A DNA stretch of 64,000 bases from Eledone cirrhosa. Its lineage: Eukaryota. Below, piece after piece: positions 56,271 to 64,000 of the stretch. The notes under the pieces were generated by a model. It had not been told where the DNA came from. It worked only from the letters and a program-made list of their open reading frames with translations, and searched no databases. A program made the translations under genes and the position numbers. The DNA lies in the NCBI GenBank assembly GCA_964016885.1, contig OZ024743.1, positions 22,816,001 to 22,880,000 on the forward strand, read 5' to 3'. Each line of letters starts with the position of its first letter. The stretch's first letter is position 1.

Positions 56271-59200
56271 TTTGTCACGAAGTTTATCGATTTCCATTTC
56301 CATCCGGAAGTTCTTTTTGTCGGATAGCTCCAGCATGTCTTGCAGCTTCCGGTTATCATCTTCAACGCGAGATCTTTTCTCTTCCACAATATCCAATTCA
56401 TCGTGCAAGCGGACAGACACTTCTTTAGCCATCTTCAGTTCCTCTTCTAGCGCCTGGATGTGTCGCCGGGCGTCCTGACTCTCGAAAGCATCCTGGAGAT
56501 TCCTTAGCTTATCCTCGTAATGTTCTCGTTCCGTTTCGATCTGATCATTTCGTCTTTCAGCCTTGCGGAGTTTAAATTGTAAAATGCGACAGTTTTTAGC
56601 GGTGATTTCTAATTCTTTTTGAAGTTCACGGAAATCTTCAGCATCCGATTCTCTGAATTGATCGTACATTTCATCAACTTCTAATTTCATCTCGTTAACC
56701 TCATCACGGAGGTTAGAATTCTCTTCATTTAGTTTCTTACGTATATTATCACTCTCTTCTAACAACTTGCGCAGTTCTGTAAGACTTCTACTTTCTAGCT
56801 GACCTTTGGCTACCTTCATTTTCTCGATCTGAACTTGATCTTCTAATTCTTTTTTATCTTCCTCTAACTCACTGCACTTCTGCTCCATGGTTTTTAATTT
56901 TGCTGTATAATCTACAATTTGTTTCTCTAGTATTGATTTTTCATTAAGATCATTCTGTAACTTGGAGTTTTCATCTTTCAATTTATGAAGACTTCCTTCA
57001 AGTTCAGTAACTTGGGCTTTAATTTTTTCTACTTCCTCAAGGGAAAGGCCTGTATTCGTCTCAGGAGGTAAAATTTCGGCTTGTGAGCGGCTGTTACCGC
57101 TCTTGTTTTTGCTGTTCGGGTCATCTGGTGTTTCATGATATGACTTTCTCGGCTCTTGGTCCCGATTTTCAGAGGGGACAGCTTTTAGTGAATAAGCTTC
57201 TTGCCGACCTTCATTCGAAATGGACGCCGAAGGCGCTGCGACGGGTGTTGATGCCGCTGGGGAACCTGGAGAAACTACAGCATCAGTAGATGATTTTAGA
57301 GTAATATTATCCTTCCCGGGGTGCTTTGAAGCAGCAGCTGCTGCTGCTTCTACTGATGGTTGTGATGCTTCTGTATTCGTTACGTTACGATGACATTTTA
57401 TACAAATGTTTTCGGCTTGCTGTTGGCTGGCGCTAGGGCTGTAATCTGATACTTGTTGTACGTCGGTATGAGGCTGTGCTCGCTGATTATCTTTATCAGT
57501 GATTCTGTTGTCAATGACAAAAATATCCCTACTCTTGCCTCCCTCATATCTTGGTTTATTTTCTGTGTTATTCGAATCGATTCGAGTATCCACACCAAAA
57601 TCTGCATCTTTTACATGGGAGCCTGATACTTTACCATCTTGACTACTGCTATGGCCAGGGCCAAAAGTATGCTGGCTTGGAGAACTTGAAGAAGTTCTAC
57701 TTAATGTAGTCGGTGTATCTAAAGGTGGTGTATAGGGCGGAGGTGGAGGAGTGTGGTAACCAGCAATGTGAGGGGAAGTAGCACGAGCTACGTTAAATTC
57801 GTAGCTGTCTGGAGATACTCCCGTTGATGTGGTATGCAATACAGGCAGTGGAATGACACGTGCCGGCGTGCTGGGGCTTGGGGAAGGAGAAGGGGTATGG
57901 AAGGGTCGGTAACCGCTTCGCGAAGACGAAGAAATGGGAGAGGAGCATGAAGAAGGAGTAGGACTACTAACATAATACCCTCCCCCGCTATCCCAATTAC
58001 GTTCCCCACCTCCACCGTCTATGTAACTCCCAATTCCACTAAAACCACTATGAAGGACTGATGGACTCATCCTACCTGATGGAAAACCGTATCCTGTCCT
58101 AATGGTCGTGGTAATAGGATTTCTTCCGATCCTTGTTGCTCCGCCCTGGGATATTACAACAAAGGGTGCAGGTGATGGAGTTCTTCCTGTAGGCTGTGAT
58201 GCTTGCTGTGATGATCTATGTCCTTTGCGAACTTGCACTTCTACTACTATCGGCTGTCGTGACCTTCCACTTTCTGAAGATGATGAAGTCGACGAGGTCG
58301 AATCTTGTCGGGATAACCTTCCAGGGCTATCTCTTGCTCCCTCGTTGTCTTGACCGCTGGTAATGATTACATTTGAACCTTCAAAGGAATGTGATCTAAT
58401 ACAGCGTGGACCGTCGCTTTTTACCTCATCGGCCGTAAAGGTTCTTGTTGAACCTACGTTAGGGTCATCAGTATATCGAGCTGTTCGTCTGATAGAAGTC
58501 ATATTGTCTCCGTAATCATCTCTAGGAATATAATCCGCCATTGCTTCTTTGGTTGATTCTGTTGTTGATGTTGATGCTGGTGGTGCTGGTGTTGATGTTG
58601 CTGCTACTGCTTTTGCGGCGGCGGTGGCGGCGGCTTCCGCTGCCGCCGCAGCCGCCGCCGCCTCAGCTTGTGATTTGGCATATTTAGAAGATTCAACAAC
58701 CATTGTTTTCACTTTCGGAATTGGTGAGGTAGGTGCCGGAGTATCGGTCAGCTGTCCAGTAGATTTTATTCCTAAAGAAGTAGGGGGCATAGCTGTCTTT
58801 TTAGTTGGGTTCAAATCTGTTGTTTTTGTCCCTGCAGCTGCTGTTGTTGTTGTTGTTGTTGTTGCTGTTGTAGTTATTCCCCCTGTCTGTGTTATTGGCT
58901 TTGTTGATATTGCTGGGGTTGACGAGATCGATAATGGCGAAGGGTCTGTTGATGTTTTTGTTGTTGCTGTTGGTGTTGTTGTTGGTTTGGGTGTTGTTGT
59001 AGTACCTGTAACACCAGTAGTAGTTGTTTTAGCAGTTGTTGTGGCCGAAGAAGTACTATTAGTTTTTGAATCAGTAGAGTTGACTCCCTTTTGTGCTGTG
59101 GTTGCCGCATGTGTGCTTTTAGGTGGTTGGGCACTTGTTGCTGGCGGGGTACTCGTTGGTTTTGCATATGCTGCTGTTGTGGTTTTAGTTGATGGTGATA

Positions 59201-60740
59201 ATGGTGATGGTGGTGATGATGCTGATGAAGGTGATGGTGGCATGGTTAACGAAGGTTTTGTTGTTGCTGACGTTGTTGTTGTGGTGGTGGTTGTTGTTTT
59301 TGTTGACGAACCTAATGACGGTGCTGCTAATGAAGATGATGGGGTGGGTGATGGTGGAGATGGGGATGAAGGTGATGATAAAAATGATGGGGAAGGGGAT
59401 CTTGTTTTACTCTTGTTTAAGCCCTTCTCGGATGAATCACTTTTACCATCAGCAGCAGCTACTGTTACAACAGGTGTCTTAATGGCCGTAGTAGAAGCGG
59501 TGGAACTGGAACTACTAGTACCCACTTGCCCCTTACTAGCTACCGAAGAAACTGGTGTCGTTTTACTACTCCCTGTGCTAGTGTCACACTTTGTAAGATT
59601 CGGAGTTTCACTCGAGCTAGTTGTGGTTTTAGTAGAAGTTGAAGGGGTCGATGTGTTCGATATCTTTGGTTTTGCGTTTGTTGAGTCGGATGTAGTTGTT
59701 GATAGTTTTGTTGTTGATGTTGTTGCTGTTGATGTTGTTGCTACTGCTGTTGTTTTTGATGTTTGTGGGGGTAGTGGGGATGACTGTGGTGCTGTTGTTG
59801 TTTTACCTGTATTCGTTGCAGTACTACTGCTATCACTGGAACTTTTCTTAGTATCAGTTGTAGTATCCTTGGTCATACTGGTATCTTTGTTGGATGCGGC
59901 ACTTGTTGTTTTGGTTGTAGACGATGTGGACGATAATGATGACGATGCTGTCGATGTAATTCCGGCACTTGTTGCAGCCGTATCGGACGTTTTGGGCGAT
60001 TTCGTCGATGGGGTAGTTTGAGCCACCTGTTTGGTATCCGGGCTCGTGACATTGGGCTTTGATGTCTCTTTAGGAAAAGAATTAAGTTTTTTAGCAAAAG
60101 GTGGCCCTTTGTTAGCTCCGGGTCCACTTGGACTAGGAGGGGTAACCTTACTTCCTCCAAATTTCTCGACTAATTTTTTCGCACTAGCAGTCGACAATAA
60201 AGTATTTCCAGGGGGCCCACATTTTTTTACGTCTACAGGGGGTGGTTTTTTAGTGTTTGCTAGATTTGACATGATAAGCGAAACAGGGGTTGCATTTGGT
60301 ACTAGATGTGGTGATTTTTTTGGTTGGTTTGATAAAAGTGCTGCTATGTTTTTTGTTGTGTTTTTCGTTTCGTCTTTTTTGACTGTCGCTTCTGGTGCTG
60401 TATTCTTGGTTGTTTCTGTTGTGGACGACACATTTTTGTCACTAGATTTATCTTTCTCGTCTTCCTTTTTTGGCGAAGGAGTCGATGTGGTTTTTCGGGC
60501 GTCGGCACTGTTTGCGAGGTTCTCTGTTCCGTTTGTGCGTGTGTCACAACCATGTTCGCTTTTAGCGTGGAAACAATTACGGCATATGGTTTTTCGCCAA
60601 GTCTGTGGTGCGAAGTTTTCACAGATTGGGCCAACAGTAGCTTCATCGTCCGTACCCGGTGTTGTTGCTCTCTCATCACGATGAGCGGCACCAGGGGCCA
60701 GTTTATTTTTAGAGGCGCTACTGCTGTCTATTTTACTCAT
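56271..60740 (-). CDS. MTCL1: First coding exon (1490 aa) of an MTCL1/SOGA-family microtubule cross-linking coiled-coil protein
   Basis: ELQKELEITAKNCRILQFKLRKAERR and LEEELKMAKEVSVRLHDEL match motifs I recall from MTCL1/SOGA1/SOGA3. In-frame TAG 15 nt before the ATG, A at -3, donor AAA|GTAAGA at 56270. Exact orthology is unresolved. Confidence 0.85.
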
Positions 60741-61747
60741 ATTGTTGAAACTCTAGGTAGACTTCCGTGGAGGGGTGTTGACAAATAGACATACATATAA
60801 ACGCAGTATAAGCGATCCTATGGACAAATAAACAATATATTTTTTTTAAGCAACAAAAGATAATTTCAACTCAAAAGTCTAGTTAACAAAGAGGAAATAT
60901 CAAGTAAAAAAACAAAATATTTTTTTTCAGTGTAACAATGTAGAAATTGTGTGTGTGCGCTTGTGTTTGTGTGTGTGTATAAATCTTTTTTTTGAATAAT
61001 TCTTTTTTTCAGTTTTTCTTTTTCTTTAAATTTTTTTTAAGGGAAATTGAATACGTCCGACGAAAATATAAAATCTTTCTTTCTTTATCTTTCTTAATTT
61101 GAAATATTTTGTCTCCCTTACTCTCTGGTACATACACTGGGCGAAAGTTTCCTCGCCTGCCGACACAAGTTCCTCTTTAGTGAAGTTTAGGGCTTTTGTG
61201 CACTACGTCATCAGATGATGTGTTGACGATGCACCTTATACGGTTTCACTACCATCACCGTGTTTGTTAGTAGAAGATAACGAAATCTTGCGTCTTTTCA
61301 AAAAAAAAAGGAAAGAAAGAAACGAAAGAAAAAGTTAAGTGGGATAGAAAGTGAGCGAAACAGATAGAGTGGGAATGCAAGAGGGAGAAATAGTTAGACA
61401 GAGACTGGCAGACAGATTATTCTAGGCAGGAGTGTTATCATATTAGAGATGAAGTAACAAGTTATAGTGAGGGAAAGACTACACGTCTGAAAGAGGGTTT
61501 AGAGTGAGGTGAGGAAAACGTGATGTGAAAGAGAAACGAAGCGAAAGAGAGAGAAGAGGAGTCTGAAAGAAAGTAAGAGAGGAAGATGAACAAAGATGGA
61601 TGCTACGGATAGATAGAATTAGAAAAAAAAACTAAGCAAGTAAGTTGATCCGAACAACCCTAAACAGACAAGTTAGTGTTCTCACTGTTTACTCTCATGA
61701 ATCTGGTTACCATTTCCACCTTCTTTCTACAATTTGTCACTCTCATG

Positions 61748-61886
<139 letters not shown>

Positions 61887-62238
61887 GATATATATATACA
61901 CATACAGACAGACCTACACATTGACATGTATAAATATACGTATAAATACACACATACACGCACATAAACTTTCACAGACGAAGGCACAGGCACATATACC
62001 CACAGGTGCGCACGCACACATACATTTCTATAGGCACACATATACGCACACATATACACACTTGTGCACAGGTATATATACATAGACAAGTGCAGATAGC
62101 TCAAACACACGCTCATACACACACCTATTGGCACACCTACTACGTAGGAAAGTTTACACACTCACACACGCACCATGTTAGATTACGCACTTGCGCACAA
62201 GTTCATTAACACATACCCAGACACTGATGCGTGTAAGT

Positions 62239-62310
62239 ATACTCACGTACACTCACGTACACTCACGTACACTCACGTATGCTCACGTACACTCACGTAT
62301 ACTCACGTAT
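62239..62310. repeat. 10-bp tandem repeat ACTCACGTAC (about 7 copies)
   Basis: Direct reading. Confidence 0.85.
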
Positions 62311-63601
62311 ACACATGTTTTACACACATAGAGACCGCCTTCACAATACACACACATACATTCATATACACATACCTACATTCATGCATATATGTACACG
62401 TACACGTTCACATACATTCTCTCGCATATGCACTCAGTCTCCAACATATACATTGACATACACCAACACAACAGCATACATACATTTATTCACATATGAC
62501 GACAAAGACAAATACGTGCGAGACCTTACAGAAACATTCATATTAACAGATACACATTCACATATATGCAGATATATACACGTGCATAAACATGCATACA
62601 CATATATATATTCACACACACACACACACACATACGCTTCTACATACACGCATATAGCCACGCTTGCGCACTTATTCATACACACATACATTACATGCAC
62701 ACAAATATTTACACACATTACATATATAAATACATACATACATACATGCGCACAAACATTTACACACACTACATACATGCATACATACATACATACATAC
62801 ATACATACATACATGCATGCATATATACATACATACATACATACATACATACATGCACACAAACATTTACACACACTACATACATACATAAATACATACA
62901 TACATCCATGCATACATACGTACATGGTGGCTGCCAACTCGTTTTTGAGTACGGCCACTACTTTATATCCATGTAAGAGAACCCCTACCGATGCGCTGAA
63001 CGAGTGTGACTTTTTAGTCCAGCCAGCGACTTGAAAACTCTGGTACAAACACTACACTTGTGACAATTACTGACACATAGTGCTGGGCCCATGGTACCAT
63101 GTGATGACAAGTGCAGAGACATCTCCAGGTATAAAGCAATGACTGTGCCGTGAAGCTTTTATAGTGAGCAAAGGCACTGCACAAAGCCAGTCCCACTCTC
63201 TTGACCAAGATGATATTTACCAAAAAGAAGAACAAGTCAACATCATTGGATACCATCAGGGTTGCAGGTGTTATATCAGAGTTTTCCTCCTTCTAGAATT
63301 CTGCCTCGACTAAGACTAAGGGGTCATCTCTCCCGGTGATTTTGGATGGCCATTGACTCTTAAGAGGTCCTTTGCCCTTTGACAGGTTTTGTTTTTAGTC
63401 TTGCAGGATGTCCAAAGTCACCCTCCTCACCAAGAAACCTTGGTGGGGATGCCTGTTTAGTCGCGAACGACCCGACCATGAGTACATACGTACATACATG
63501 CATACATACATACATACATACATACATGATGGCTGCCCCCTCGTTATCGAGTATGGCCATTGCACGAGAAGAAAAAAATAAAATAAAATAAAATAAAATA
63601 A

Positions 63602-63646
<45 letters not shown>

Positions 63647-63647
<1 letters not shown>

Positions 63648-64000
63648 TTTTCTTTATTAACCACAAGGGTTTACATAAAGTAGACATTAAGGAGAGTACA
63701 GGACAATACAGGACGGTACAAATGGGCATTTCTGCGTGTAAAAAAACAGAGGTTGAAATAAAATAACAAAGAAAAATTCCCCAATACGGGGGAGACTTCC
63801 GAGGGACATTTGTGGAGAAAGCCCATTAAAAGACCACAGTGGCCCTGACCACCAGGGCAAGTGCCCTCTCCCAGTTTTCCACCTTTAATTTACAGACACA
63901 TACTCAGAGAAAGCCCATTCATTCGGGCCATACTTGCTTCTCTCACCCATCTTTCAACAAAATGCTGGGAAGAGAGCACTTCCCTCTCTACCCTGATTTT
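63647..64000 (-). mobile_element. 3' end of a second Tx1/L1-clade LINE family (runs off the window)
   Basis: The minus strand encodes KIRVEREVLSSQHFVERWVREASMARMNGLSLSMCL* (stop 63890-63892), homologous to the C-terminus of 8221-10074. It ends AATAAAGAAAA next to (ATT)n. Confidence 0.85.

Noticed and set aside
58549-60684. Long plus-strand ORFs (490 aa and 217 aa)
   Set aside because: Antisense shadows of the Thr/Ser/Pro-rich exon; Val-rich with no motifs.
61190-61260. Promoter elements upstream of the gene (CRE-like TGACGTAG on minus)
   Set aside because: Short motifs expected by chance, with no evidence for the TSS position.
63360-63482. HDV-like ribozyme on the minus strand (..GCGACTAAACAGG..)
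   Set aside because: Only a J4/2-like segment is visible; I could not build P1-P3.

Overview
AT-rich, microsatellite-saturated animal genomic DNA. The repeat content suggests an octopus or other cephalopod, but that is inference. One host gene runs on the minus strand: an MTCL1/SOGA-family coiled-coil gene with a 4470-nt first coding exon (60740-56271) and a 69-nt exon that the ORF track misses (18057-17989), so most of the window is probably intron. The intron holds Tx1/L1-clade, RTE-clade and R4/Dong-clade LINE fragments, many tRNA-derived SINE copies with target-site duplications, and a tiny Tc1/mariner-like MITE. The main signal is at least eight unrelated families of short non-coding elements inserted in (TA)n tracts. 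They carry hammerhead ribozyme (HHR) motifs and usually form head-to-head fold-backs with a one-sided 3' tail, the architecture of Penelope-like elements. Among them are U3-A8 compensatory cores, a full-stem-III GUC hammerhead, and one motif at 28644-28705 whose three strands occur in a non-circularly permuted order. All structures were read by eye; nothing was computed or searched.
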